A DNA stretch of 64,000 nucleotides from Basidiobolus meristosporus CBS 931.73 (GCA_002104905.1 MCFE01000234.1:1-64000), one strand, 5' to 3'; positions 39,900-53,885 are shown, counted from the stretch's first letter. Translations and numbers: made by a program. Notes: generated from the sequence alone by a model not told the origin.

Positions 39900-41035
39900 G
39901 GAAAAGGTTGGGAGCCCAAATGGCCTCAACCAAGGCCAATAACAGAGAATTGCTGAAATCTTTACCCTGCAGCCTGTGAAACTACTTGAAAGATGGGGAA
40001 TTGACTTTATTGGACCACTGAAAACTATCAGGAAATGCAACCATTGGATCCTAGTAGGAATTGACAATGCCACCAAATGGCCAGTGGCTAAAGCAGTACC
40101 TGCAACCAGTGAACAAGAAGTTGCAAGTTTTATCCACCATGAGATCCTCATGAAGTTTGATGCCCTGTTGAGATTCTATCTGATAGATGAGAAAACTTTA
40201 TGGCAAAGACATTGGAAACTTGCCTGGAAATGCAGCACATTGAACACTTTTAAACCCTGGCATATCAACCTAGAACCAATGGAATCACAGGGCAGTTTAA
40301 TGGATTATTTAGAAAAATGCTAACTAAGTATACATATGGAGCTGTCAGTAGATGGGATGAGTATATGGACCAGGCACTCTTTGCATGCAGAGTTAGAGTA
40401 CACAACACCACCCAACAAATGCCATCCTATGAGAAACAACACTTGAAAGAAGTTTGAGCCACAATGGACAGGACCTTTTGAGATCATCACAGAATGTCCA
40501 TTGGTAACTTACCAACCAGTGGACAAACAAGGGAATATCTGGGAAGATTTAGCTCATAGACACAGACTCAAGCTTGCAAGACTTAACAACAATACTGAAC
40601 CATCTAGATATTGGTATCATAAGAAAAGAGATTCAGGAGAACCCTCTCAATTTTAGTAGGGGAGAATGTCATGATCTACTGCTTGATTATTTAGGTTAGA
40701 TCAGCTTTTAGTCAAATCAATTAGTTATATCTTTAGCCTATCAGTATATCAGTGTTATCAATCAAATCAGTAGCATGAGTCAGCAAATGAATCAGCAGAT
40801 ATTTATCTGACAGATATATATATATCAAGTGGGATCTTGTTGGGTGATGATGATGCAATCAAATAAGTCATCAGCCACAGCCTACATTAGGAAGCACAAT
40901 TAGTCAGTAATTGATCTGGCAAGATGTATATAAGGTGCTGCTAGAACCTCATTAAAAGTCAATTCAAGTTTTAGTGAACACAACACTAGCTAAACTCCCT
41001 GTTTCTTCACAACTTTTATACCAAGACCTGTAACA
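39900..41035 (+). mobile_element. 3' end of a Ty3/gypsy family G element: integrase core, PPT and 3' LTR (40667-41035)
   Basis: RWGIDFIGPL and VGIDNATKWPVAKAV integrase motifs; PPT TTAGTAGGGGAGAA directly precedes TGTCATG...TGTAACA. Confidence 0.85.
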
Positions 41036-43065
41036 ACAGGAGTTTTCCTCCACTCTAACACCCCAGAAGGTCTAGACTCTTTGAAAGAATATTCAGATGT
41101 GCTGCCAGATGAGCTGGTAAACCTACCACCAGTCAGAGATGTGCTTAATGACATTGACACAGGAGATAGTCCTCCAGTGAGTAAGGCACTTTACAGAGTA
41201 AATCCATTGAAGCTGGAAGAGATGAAGTGATATATAAATCAGTTATTGAAGCAAGGAAATATCAGACCTAGCAAGCCACCTTAGGGGACACCAGTACTTT
41301 TTGTGAAAAAGAAGGATGGAGCACTTAGGATGTGCACTGACCTGAGATCCCTCAGCTCAGTTACCATGAAGAATCAATACCCCATACCTTGAATTGAAGA
41401 GCTTTTCAACCAACTTGATGGTGCCACAATACTCAGCAAGATTGGCTTCATGTCAGATTACAGCCAGATTAGGGCAAAACTGCAAGACATCCCTAAGATA
41501 GCATTGAGGACCAGATATGGACACTACAAGTACTCTGGCATGAGTTTTGGCTTTACCAGTGCCCCTGCAATACTCATGACCTTGATGCATACAGTCTTCC
41601 AGGAGTACTTAGACAAGTGTGTGGTAATCTACAAGACAAGATATTGATATATATAGGACAGAAGAGAAACATTTGGTGCATATCAAAAAGGTCTTGAAGA
41701 GGCTAGGAGAGAACAGGCTGTATGGCAAGCTAGCAAAGTGTGAACTCTTGAAAGAACATGTTGCATGCCTGGGACACATAGTGACTAGCACCGGAGTGAC
41801 CTTAGACCCCAAGAAGGCTGAAGTCATCAAGAATCTGAAGCAGCCTCATAGTACTTCAGAACTCATATCATTCCTTGAAATGATTGTCTATTGTTGAAGA
41901 TTTGTCAAGTCCTTTGCAAGTATTGGAGCCCCTTTAACTGATATTCTCAAGAAAGGCAACACCATGAAGCAGGACATAGCCTGTGAGACTGCCTTTCAGA
42001 CACTCAAGAATGAACTTACTAAACTGCCAAGCCTATGAATCCCAGACTTCATTAAAGAGTTTACTCTGTCCACAGATGCTTCAGACTATGCTATTGCTCA
42101 AGTATTGGGCTAAGTATATGAAAGAAAGGACTACCCAGTTGCTTTTGAGTCCAAGAGGCTTAACTCCGCAAAATGAAACTATCCAAAGCATGAGAAGGAG
42201 ATGCTTGCCATAATACACTGCTTGAAGACCTGGAGATGCTAAATTAAAGGAGCCAAGTGCACTATGAGTGTTGCAAAAGTTTGTAATTCCACCTGAATAT
42301 TCACACAACTTAGTCACTTAGATCACTGCCTTCAAATACTAGGGAGTGCTGACCAAATTTCTTGTCAGGATTTACTTAAATATTTTGTCCAAGGTATCAG
42401 GTACCCAGAATATAAATTTTCTCCAAGTTGTCCAAGTTGCCCCAAGCTTTCCAGACATGTTAATAGGACCTTTTAACCTATTCTATATGTTTATAATGCC
42501 AAGACCATGTAAAGGGATAAATAGTACTCTCACATTCAATAAATTGCTAAGTGAAGTCCACATAATGTACTTGTTCTCCAAATCACAAAAAATTTAATTA
42601 ACAGAATTACCTGGCTGGTGGATGAGCTGGAATCTGCAGGCATATACGCTACCAGTGATAATTTGATAGTACCATTCTGAATAGCCTGATAGTGAAGTTT
42701 CAAGGCCTTGTAACAGTCCTAGAGTCCAGAACTGAAGATTTGACCTTAAATTATGTATATGGAAAGCTCCTGGATGAAGAATCAAGAAAATCAAGCACCA
42801 ATGAGAAGGAAGAAGATTTTCTTGAATAAGCAATGATAGCCAACAAAGGAGGTACCAAAGACCATACAGAGGCAACATCAACCTGTTTTGCAACAACTGC
42901 AAAAGGAAAGAACACACATCAGACCAGTGTCTCAGACCAAGAGATAATCAGCATAAGAAGCCTGAATATGGAAATGCTGAAAAAGTTGAAGCTAGGCTAC
43001 TTGTATATGCGCTAATTATGACCACAAACAAGGATTCTCAGATGTAGTGCATTGACTCTAGAGCA

Positions 43066-46000
43066 TGTTCAAATATAGGACTATTTGCTATCATTCAGCA
43101 GCTTAAATTTACTTAGCAATTCCAGACTAGTCTTGGTCACTGCAGGACAAATTTGCAGCCCCAACTTCACCAGTTTCTTCACATCTATCATCCTATGATT
43201 ATTCCCCTAGGGTGAAGATCAAATTAACACTTTTTACCAAACATTATGTACTGACCCTGTAACTATTACACAAAGCTCCTGAATGTTTAGAATCCCTCCT
43301 TACTTAGTGTGGCAGCCGTATTACTTCTACAAAGGTATAAATACTGATCCTCTTTAAGAATAAGCAGCAGCTTAACTATTATCACTATATCTTGATAAGT
43401 TCCTTATATCCAAACAACTTTCAAATTGCGACAGGTCATGCACCCCAATTGCCTTAACCTATTCTACAGATGACTTCAACCAGCAAACAGAACAATACAA
43501 ACATATTCCCTGTCAGGGGGAGGTTTGATGAGAAGAACTACAGACTTTGGAAAATCCAGATGCAGATCTAATTTGAGGAAAAGAAGCCTTGAAGTATAAT
43601 GACAGGAAAAGATGTTGAGCCTAAATGAACAGCAGAAGAAGTAGAAAAGTTTCAAGAGAAGGAGAGAAAGGCCTTCAATGCTTTCAGTATCAATATGCAA
43701 GATTCCTTCATTGGACAAATCCATGCTTCATACAGCCAAGGCAGCATGGGAATCCTTAGAAAAGATCTTTAGAGCAAAGCTAGTATCAATCAAGCTTCAT
43801 TTAAAACAAAATTTCTTCCACATGAGGAAGAAGTCAGATGATGTCATGCTACATCTCATTACCAGAATAGAGCCACTTGTAGAAGAACTTTACAACATTA
43901 ATGCTGGTGTGGATGATGAAGAAAAGATACTCTATCTGCTTTGCAGCCTACCAGACAAGTATGAGCCACTCATACTTTCTTTTGAAAGCAGAGAAAAAAC
44001 TTGACTTTAGACTTTGTCAAAGGAAAACTTCTCCATGCAGAACTCAAATGTAATGATCCAGCAGAGAAAACTGAAGACAATGCTCTATTCAGCTTTGAAA
44101 GGGACACAGATAAGAAGGGAAAGCAACAAAACCAAAGAAGACCTGGTTGCTGTAACTATTGCAAAAAACCAGGACACTGGGCAAGAGAATGCAAGAAACA
44201 AGCACACAAAAAACAGAAACTGGAGCAGGTAAATCATACACCTACTGATGAACAGTTATTGGTAAGTATACAAGAGAGTGCAAGTAACCAAAGTAACAAA
44301 TGGTACATTGGCTCTGGAGCATCACAGCATGTTTATGGTTTAAAGGAGTGGTTCAGCAATCTAATGACTATTCCCATTAGAAAGGCTTATCTGGGGGACA
44401 ACTCTACACTGGATGCTACCCCCGGTGGGTCTCTACTACTAAATACAAGTGATTTCTCAGATCCTTCAGCAGCAAAACTGACTGATGTACTCAACATACC
44501 TGGAATAGCTAAGAGCCTATTCTCAGTCAGTAAAGCAACTGCTCAGGGACTGAAATTTGTTTTACTAGGCTGAACTGCTCAATACTGAGTTAAAATGGAC
44601 AAAAATAAGCCTTGGGAATTAGAGATCACAATATATACTAGTTACAATGCAATATTATTGTACCTGAGTGTGCCAACATTGCGGAAACTATTGAAACTAA
44701 CTGGGAGGCATAACATAGGAGGCTGAGGCACATTGGGGAACAGAATCTGGAACAGCCAATGCAAAGTTCAGATGCTACTTTGTAGCAACAAGCCATGCTG
44801 GAGGAGTGCCAATCACTGATCAAGGCAAAAACCTGGGAACTTGTAGATTTACCAAATGGGAGAAAGCCAATGGGATGTAGGTGTGTCTACAAAATCAAGA
44901 TAACCCCAAATAGTACTGATGATAAGTACAAGGCTAGATTGGTGGCTAAAGGTTATTCCCAGATCCTGGGAATAGACTTTAAGGAAACATTTGCTCCAGT
45001 TGCCAAGTGTAACTCCATTAGGTTAACTCTATCCCTGGCAGCTGTGCATAGTCTAGATCTACACCAAATGGATGCTGCAACAGCCTATCTAAAGGGAGAT
45101 TTGCAAGAAACTATATACATAGAGCAACATAAGGTTTTACCAATCCACCAGGCCCCAGACACAGGAAATTGCTGTATGGTCCTAAGCAGGCACCTAGAGC
45201 ATAGTACATCAAGATTGACGCATATCTAAAGGAGATTGGGTTTATTTATAGCACTGCTGATCACAGTCTAAATGTGAAACTGCTCAAGAAGGGTGTGATC
45301 ATCCTAGTTCTGTATGTGGATGACCTAATAGTAGCCACAAGTGACCAGGAGGCACTTAAACAGATGAAATCAGATCTCTTCAGCAAGTCTGAGATGAAAG
45401 ATCTTGGAAATTGAGCTGTTTTCTTGGAATTGAAGTGAATTTTGATATACTTGCGCAGAAAACTGTGCTGAACCAGTCCAAGTACAACAGGGTCACTCTT
45501 TGATGCTTCCAAATGGAAAGTTGCAAGCCTGCTGCTGTACCTATGGACAATAATTTCAATTTGAGCAAATCTCAGCCAGTTTCAGGTGAGAATGGCTCAA
45601 ATATAGACCAAAACCTTCCCTATCAGTCAGTGGTTGGTGGCCTGATCTACTTGATGGTTTCTACACATACTGTTATTTCAATGGGAGTTGGAATAGCTAT
45701 GTAATTTATGCAGAATTATGGATTAAATCAAATTACAGCAGTTAAGTGGATTCTCAGCAATCTACAAGGTAGCACTAATATGGTACTGGAATACTCTGGA
45801 GCAGCTAAGAGGCAAAAATTTGATGGGTATAGTGATTCAGATTGGGGTAGAGATATGGTTGACCATAACTCTGCCACTGGGTCTGTATTCTTTTATACTG
45901 AGGCAGCTATTATTTGGAACTGCAAGAAACAACCAGCTGTGGCCCTATCAACAACTGATGCTGAATATATGGCTGCCTGCCAAGCAACTAAGGAGGCTTT

Positions 46001-46638
46001 ATGGGTACGGAATTATTCATAGACTCAAGCTTTCATTCAGATGGACCAATATGTATCAGCAAAGATAATCAAAGTTGAATTTCTCTAGCTAGAAATTCTA
46101 CTAATCATGCCAGAACTAAGTACATAGATATACAACACCACTTTGTAAGGGAAGCTGCAGAAAATAACTTAGTAGAGTAAGTTTACTGTTCAACTAACAA
46201 AATAGTGGCAGATTTGCTGACAAAACCACTAGCCAGACCACAATTTGAGAGTCTCAGGGAGGAATTGGGACCAAGAAATTACTGAAATATTTGGCATCAT
46301 TCAGCAGCAAAAAATTCACTTAACAATCCCAGACTATTCTTGGCCACTGTAAGACTAATTTGCAGTCCCAACCTTGCCAATTTCTTCATATCTATCATCC
46401 TATGATTGTTCCCCTAGAATGAAGATCAAATTAACACTTTTACCAAACATTATGTACTAACCCTGAAACTGTCACAGAGTGCTCCTGAATATTAACAAAG
46501 CCCTTACTTAGTGTTACAGCCATATTACTTCTACAAAGGTATAAAAACTGATCCTCTTTAAGAATAAGCAACAGTTTAACTAGTATCATTATATCTTGAT
46601 CAGTTTTTTATATCCATATCACTTCTTAAGTTGCAACA
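43066..46638 (+). mobile_element. Ty1/copia family B element (LTRs 43066-43433 and ~46280-46638) lacking the integrase core, nested in the family A protease
   Basis: PBS-like GGTCATGCACCCC after the 5' LTR; gag, CNYCKKPGHWAREC, WYIGSGASQH, RT (YKARLVAKGYSQ, YVDD) and RNase H (YSDSDWG, KKQPAVALSTTDAEY); TSD GAGCA/GGGCA. Confidence 0.9.
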
Positions 46639-48757
46639 GGGCATCTGAACACTTTGCACACAACAAATAACTTTTTGTCCAATGCCAAGAAATTCCAATT
46701 AAGAAAGTTTTTATGGGTTGCAATTGAATGCTTGATGCAGTGAGAAATGCAACTATCCTAGTACACCTTAGAAGCAGTGAATGAAGCCACACACAGACCT
46801 TTAAAGAGGTACTCCATGCATCATTAATAGCCAAGAAGGTACTATTTGTTAAGCAAGGCCACTACAGAAGGATGCAGTTTCAGCTTTCACAATTCTGGAT
46901 GCAGTATTGCTGATCAAAATGGTGCCCATATTGCTTATGGTATCAAAGATCAGAATCTCTCTAAATCAACATATATTTCATCACATCTGGGAGCTGATAT
47001 AGTTAACTGAAGTGAAGGGATGCCAATGCTTTAGCACAGTAGATTTGGGCACATCAATGTTGATTATTTTTGCAAAATGCTCAAAGTTAAGCTAATTTCT
47101 GGGGCAATGTTGATCCCCCAGCTAGTTTGGGGCACTATGAAGCCTGCATATATGGGAAACAAGCCAGACAACTGGTCAAGAGCTCAAGATTAATGACTAC
47201 TAAGAAAATATTAGATCTAATTCAATCAGATATGTGTGAAGCAATGTAGAATTTATTCTTAAGCAGGATGAAGTATTTAGTCACTTTGACTGTTGATTGT
47301 ACAATATATATGCGGGTTTACCTCATGGAGAGAAAAGAAGAAGCTCTGTCTAGGCTCAGCAAGTTTAAAGCAATGTTGGAGAGAGAAACTGGTGAAAAAC
47401 TCAAGAAAAATGCCCTGACAATGGCGGAAAATATACTTTAATGCTCTTCATCCACATCTGCAAAGCTTATAGGTTACAGCAAGTGACTGTTGTACAATAC
47501 TCTATACAGCAGAATGGAGCAGCACAACATGCAAGCTGGGCAATAATTAATATGGTACAATTTAGCATTTATGATCAAAAAATAACCAACAATTTTTGGG
47601 TGGAATCAGTTGAGACTGCGGTATTCTTTAAAGTTAGGAGTTATAACAGAATACTTTGAAATTCCACTCCATTTGGAACATGGTATGGACACATGCCAGG
47701 TGCAGAACATCTAAGAATATGTGTGTGTAAAGCATAAGCCAAGAAATTGCCCAGATATAAGTCAAAATATGGGCCAAAAACTATGAAACACATATTTTTG
47801 GCTGGTACAAGAGAGTAGAGCATAAAAGCTTTACAGTAACAAAGCAAAAAAGCTAATCAAGTCCATGGATATGTTGTCTGATCAAAGTTCAAAATATTCA
47901 TGAAAATTGACATTAGATGACAATGAAATCTTGGTCTCAAGTCTAACAGTAGTAAGGATTGGATCAGAGCAAAACAATGAGAATCCTTTCGCTTCAGAGG
48001 ACTCTACAACTATTGTTCAACCTCAATTGGTGTCCAGGAAAATCCCAGCAGTGATCATTACAGTATCAAATGCCTAGAGAGCTAACTGGACAAGAAATAA
48101 CTCAATTGCTATATGAATGAGGGTACATACTTGGCCTTACCTATTCAGCATAAATTGATGAGCCCATGGCTGTAAAGGAGGCCCTAAATAGCCTTCAGAC
48201 AAAGCTTTGGAGATCTGCAATGACTGAGGAATATCAGGCCCTGATAGAAAATCATAAATGGGACCTAGTCAAATTACCAATCAACCAAGAATCAATTGGA
48301 TGAAGATGGGTCTTCAAGACAAAATACAAAGCTGATGGTACAATCAAAGGATACTGTCAAACATATGGGCTTGACTATACTGAGACCTTTGCACTGGTAG
48401 TCAAGTTTGATTCAATCAGATTGCTTTTTGCTATTGCAGCCAAATATAAGTTTTTATACATTGAATTGATGCAAAATGTGCTTTTTTGAGTGATGAACTT
48501 GATGAGGACCTGTAAATGAACCAGCCTGATGGGCTTGCTGATCAAGATAACCCCAACTTGGTCTGCAAGCTTAAGTAATTCTCTACATGGTGTCAAACAG
48601 TCACTGAGAGCATGGAATTGCAAGATATTTTCTTATTTGGAATATTCAAGTTTTAAAAGAAGTAATGCTGACTATAGTATATACCATAAGCCAAATATAG
48701 CAAATCCAGTTCTATAGGCGCTATATGAGGATAATCTTATTATAACTACCAATAACT

Positions 48758-49126
48758 CATTACAAGTCTTGGTACAAGAATTGCAGAGAATAGGGAGTTT
48801 AGCTAGTATTTTATTTACTAAAACCTGAGCTGATTTTTATTGAGGTTTCAACAGCTCCTTTTATACCTTTTGGCAGATCAATTGCTAACTAGTTTTACTT
48901 ATTAATGTAGCCTACGGCTGATAATTCATTTAATTGCATCATCATCACCCAATAAGTTCCTACTTAATATATCTATTTCTCTCTTGTAAGAATCTGCTGT
49001 TTCCTTAGCTGACTAACGCTACTGCTTTGACAGATAATACTGATATAATGATAAGCTAAATATATAACTAATTGATTTGACTAAAAAGCTGATCTAACTT
49101 GAATATTCAAGCCATAGCTCATAACA
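48758..49126 (-). mobile_element. Solo LTR of gypsy family G inserted in the copia family A RT
   Basis: Reverse complement of 40667-41035; the copia RT reads LIITTNN before it and NLATLEETK after it. The TSD is not cleanly readable. Confidence 0.8.
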
Positions 49127-52100
49127 AATCTAGCAACATTGGAGGAGACTAAATCCTGCCTGTCTAAAGAGTTCAAGATGTCCAGTTTAGATGAGCTCAG
49201 TTACTACTTAGGTATAAGGTTCTCCATAGACAGAAGTGCCCACACTATCACCCTAAGCTAATTCATGTATATTCAAGATATACTAAAGAACTAACAAGTG
49301 GAGGACTGTAAACTGGCAGTTACTCTAATGGAGGCAAACCTTGACTTGATCAAAACTCCACAAATCATGAGAGCTTGGTGCCATCTGAAACCCCAAAATT
49401 TCTCATCAGTCTATGGCTGGCAGCTTGATGTGTATTATACTTGGAACTTGTCCATATATCTCATATCCAGTGGCAGTTGTCAGCTAGCACAACCCAAACT
49501 ATGGATCTGGTCATATTGCAGCAGTTAAGCATATTTCTAGATACTTAAAAGGAACTGCTGATATATGTGTACAATACACTCATAAGGATACCAAACAGGA
49601 TCCTGGGGGATACTTAGATGCTGTATAGGGACAAAGTTTAGAGGACAGAAGGTCCACCACTGGATACAGCTTTCTTTACTGTTAAGTAGCAAATTCATGG
49701 AAATCAAGAAATCAACCAACTGTAGTACTTTCCACCAAAAAGACAGAGTATATGGCTTCCTGTAAAGCTACAAAAGAAGCAATATAGTTAAGAAAGCTTT
49801 TTACCAATTTTGGCCTATGTTAAGGAAAGCCTAATACTTCATTTCTAGATAATCAAGCATGTATACAATTAGGTAGAAATCTAACTTTTCATGCTAAACT
49901 TAGCACGTAGATATTATACATTATTTCCTATGTGAAGATATAGAGAGTACATTAGTAAGCTTAGTTTACTGTCCTCCAGATGAAATGATTGCAGATATAT
50001 ACACCAAACTATTGGTCAGAGACAAGTTCAAATACCTTTGGTAAAAGTGAGGACTAGTCAGCATGAATATGTAGCCAATGGGAGTGTTGTAAAATTTGTA
50101 ATTCCACTTGAATATTCACCTATCTTAGTCACTTAGATCATTGTCTACAAATCCTAGGGATACTGACCAAAATCCTTGTCAGGATTTACTTCAAATATTT
50201 TCACCAAAATACCAGGTACCTGGAACATGCAAATTCTCAAAGTTGTTCAAATAGCGCCAAACTTTGCATGCATATTCTTGGGACCATACTTAATCTGTTC
50301 TATGTGTTTGTAGTGCTAAGACCATGTAAAAGTATAAATATTACTTTACATTCAATATATCCTTAAGTAAAAACCATATAATCTGCTTGTTCTCCCAATC
50401 ACTGCCAGTATCTCCAAGATTCATACAACAGTGATAACTGATCATGTTGCACTCTGGTGTATATTTACTCAGGAGGTACTATCCAGAAGAAAGATAGGAT
50501 GAAGTGAACACATTAAGCAAGTTGACTTGTAGAATGTCTACCACCCTGGGAAAAGCAACATGGTTGCTGATTCCTTGTCAAGACTATAATAAGTTGCAAA
50601 ACTCAACTTGGTACATGAGCCAGATTGGCCTAACTTGGTATCAATCAACTTGGAGGACCAAGCCATTCTTAGTGAGGTGGATTAAGTGATCAAACAGATA
50701 ATCCAGGATGTAGCCAGCAAACTTGTAGAGCAAGAAGAAACACTCTTCCAGTTTTTTGATGGAAGCCCTGTTGCCTATTGCCCTAATGTTGCTTGCCTGG
50801 ATTTAATACATAAGCTACACAATAGATATCAACATCTTGGATTTGAGGGATCATATGGACTTATGAAAGCCAGAGCATGGTGGCCCAGCATGAAACAAGA
50901 TGTGGAGAATCTAGCAACGGCATGCACTTATTGCCAAATCAGGCAAGGCCAATCACAAGGAATTACTGAACTCTTTCCCCTGGTGCCAGTAGGACCATTA
51001 GAGAGATGGGAAATTACCTTTATTGGACAACTGCAAACCACCAGAAATATAACTATTTGATCTTATTAGCAATTGACCATGCCACCTAGTGGTTGGTGGC
51101 TAAAGCAGTTGCTGTAGCCAATAAATTAGAAGTTGCAAGTTTTGTCTGCCATGAGATCCTCCTGAAGCTTTGATACCCTATAGATATTTTATCCAATGAA
51201 GGAGCAAACTTTATTGCAAAGATATTAGAAGCTTACCTGAAAATTTAGCAGAACAAACACTTCAAAACCCTGACATATCACTCTAGAACTAATGGAGTGA
51301 CTGAGCAGTTAAATGGATTATTTGGAAAGATGCTGACTAAGTAAGCAAATGGAGTTGTCAGTAGATGGGTTGAGTAAAAACACCAAGCACTTTTTGTATG
51401 CAGAGTGAGATTACGCAACACCATCACACCAATGTTATCTTATTTAGTTTATGGGTGTGAACCAAAGACTCCAGGAGATCTCACTCAACCAAAACTTATA
51501 GACACCTTAGAAGATGAACTAGGCCAGTCAAGTAGACACCAGCAGCTGAAACAAAGATGTCAAGAGGCACAGGCCAAAGTATCTCAAAGTGCAGAAAACA
51601 TGAAGCAGAGATTTGATTAGACTATATCACCAGAAACATTGACAGTGGGGAACTTTGTATTGATGACAAACAACACATGCAAGAAGGCTGAGCCACAATT
51701 GATGGGATCCTTCAAGATCATCAGTAAATGTCCACTTGGGTCTTATCAACTAGTGGGCAAACAAGTTAATTTACACAAAAATTTAGTTCATAGAGACAGT
51801 CAAGCTTTCAAGACTTACTGCAATACTGAACCATCATGATATTGGTATCACAAGCAATGAGATTCAGGATAACCCTCTCAGCTTTAGCAAGGGAGAATGT
51901 TATAACCTACCACAGGAACTTTAAGTTGGATCAGTTTTTGGTCAGATCAATAGCTTTATGCTTAGCCTATTGGTATATCAGTGTTGTCCATCAGATCAGT
52001 TGTATTAGTTGGCAGATAAATCAGCCAAATCTTATCATACAGAAATCAATGTATATAGTATGATCTAACTGGGTGATGATGATGCAGTCAAGTGAGTCAT

Positions 52101-52263
52101 CAGCCATGGCCTACATTAGGATATACAATTATTGAGCACTTGAACTGGCAAAGTGTATATAAGGAGCACTGGAACCTCAAAATAACTCAGATCAGGCTTT
52201 AATGGGTACAAAATTGGCTAACCCTCCTATTCCTCTGCAGCTTTAATATCAAGATTTTTAAAA

Positions 52264-52437
52264 CCATAGATGCAGTTCTTAAATACTACAAAGCAGCTAA
52301 TAGGTGTAGATTCAATAGCGCTAGTGATTCAGATTGGGGGAGGGATTTGATTGACAAATGCTCTACCTCTAGGTATGTATTTCTTCATGGCAGTGCACCT
52401 CTCACTTGGAATTGCAAGAAACAGCTAACTGTGGCCC
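52264..52437 (+). mobile_element. Copia RNase H fragment
   Basis: SDSDWG..DLIDKCSTS.YVF...WNCKKQLTVA. Confidence 0.7.
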
Positions 52438-53330
52438 TGTTACCAGTCTTGGTATAAGAGCTATAGAGGAATAGGGAGTTTCACTAGTATTGTATTTGCT
52501 AAAACTTGAAATGATTTTTATTGAGGTTCCAGCAGCTCCTTGTATAAATCTTGCTAGATCAATTGCTGACTAATTGTATCTCTTAATGTAGGCTGTAGCT
52601 GATGACTGATTTATTGCATCATCATCACCCAATAAGATCCTACTTAATATATTTATTTCTGTCTGATATGGAACTGCCAATTCCTTTGCTGACTAATGCT
52701 ACTGATTTGATAGATAATACTGATCTAATGATAAGCTAAACATACAACTAACTAATTTGACTAAAAACTGATCTAACTTAAGCATTAAAGCGGCAGATCA
52801 TAACATTCTCCCCTACTAATGTTGAAAGTGTTCTCCTGAGCATCTTTTCTTGTGGGACCAATATCTTGATGGTTCAGTGTTATCAGCAAGTCTTGCAAGC
52901 TTGAGTCTGTACCTATGTACTAAGTCTTCCTGGATATTGCCTTGCTTGTCTACTAGTTGTTAAGCTGCAAATTGACATTCCCTGATGATCTTGAATGATC
53001 TTGTCGATTGTGGCTCAAACTTCTTCCAAGTGTTGTTTCTTAGCAGTTCAAAGTTCCCAACTGTCAATGCTTCTGGTGCTATAGTCTTATCAAATCTCTG
53101 CTTCATCTTTTCTGCACTTTGAGATACTTGGATCTGTACTTCTTGATGTCTTTCTTACAATGACTGGTGCCAAATTTGCTGATTGAGTTCATCTAGAAGC
53201 AATTGGCAAGAATATGGAGCTTACCAAAAGCAGGGGATACTGATGATAGAGGAAATATGCCTATAGTGTGCTGGAAGCATTATGAGCTGTATGTCAATAT
53301 TGTAGAAATAGTCATTCACAAACAGATCAC
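52438..53330 (-). mobile_element. 3' LTR (52438-52805), PPT and integrase tail of a minus-strand gypsy family G element
   Basis: The LTR reverse complement is followed by TTCTCCCCTACTAA (PPT reverse complement) and integrase C-terminal homology to 40430-40650. Confidence 0.82.
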
Positions 53331-53885
53331 TAATGTCAACCTGATGCATCCACAAGCTTTATGCAGATGGTTTGTGTGATGTTTGAGCTGCTATATCACA
53401 AGCATAAAGCTTAATTTGTAGATCTCCACCACTGCTGCATCCATTCTCTACTCCATTTTGCTTTGTGTGTGTGGAGAATATTGAATCTTGCTTCACCTTT
53501 TTCAGAGTTTTCCCCAAAGAAAAAATTAAGAAAAGTCCAGCACAATACCATCATAATTTCAGCTGAACTCCACGTTTCTTGAAATTGAAAGCTCCTAATA
53601 TCTCTGTTGTTAGCTGATGGGCAGTCAAGCAAGCAAATTCTCCAGCAGGAGACTAGGCAAGAGAGTATCCATATCAAATCTGATATTTAGCTGCTGATTC
53701 CTTCCATCAAAAAGTGCATGTGAAATTTAAATCAAAACACCGGCTGAATACCAACAAAATATCACTGGAATATCAGAAGACTGCCAGCTGAAAATCAGAT
53801 GAACTCCAAGTTTGCAATTTTTCATAGAGATTAACATGGAGTAGATATGTGGGCTTGTCAAATTTTTGTGCTGTGTGTAAATAAT

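Larger units (their letters stand above)
42269..50430 (+). mobile_element. Ty1/copia family A element (5' LTR 42269-~42590, 3' LTR 50085-50430), degenerate, nested in the gypsy RNase H
   Basis: gag with CNNCKRKEH knuckle, IDS..ASEH protease, HSRFGHIN pre-integrase, CEACIYGKQ, LDLIQSD integrase, RT, RNase H, and a GGGAG PPT remnant before the 3' LTR; flanks ATGAG/GTGAT. Confidence 0.88.
41040..52263 (+). mobile_element. Ty3/gypsy family G pol (RT, RNase H, integrase) and 3' LTR (51898-~52263), split by an 8.2-kb copia nest
   Basis: RT motifs [15 protein letters not shown] and RTRYGHYKY..MSFG. RNase H KEMLAI..CLKTWR..GAKCT resumes as VITDH at 50431, followed by the HLG..WWPSMKQDV..CTYCQ zinc finger. 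PPT TTAGCAAGGGAGAA lies before the LTR. Confidence 0.9.
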
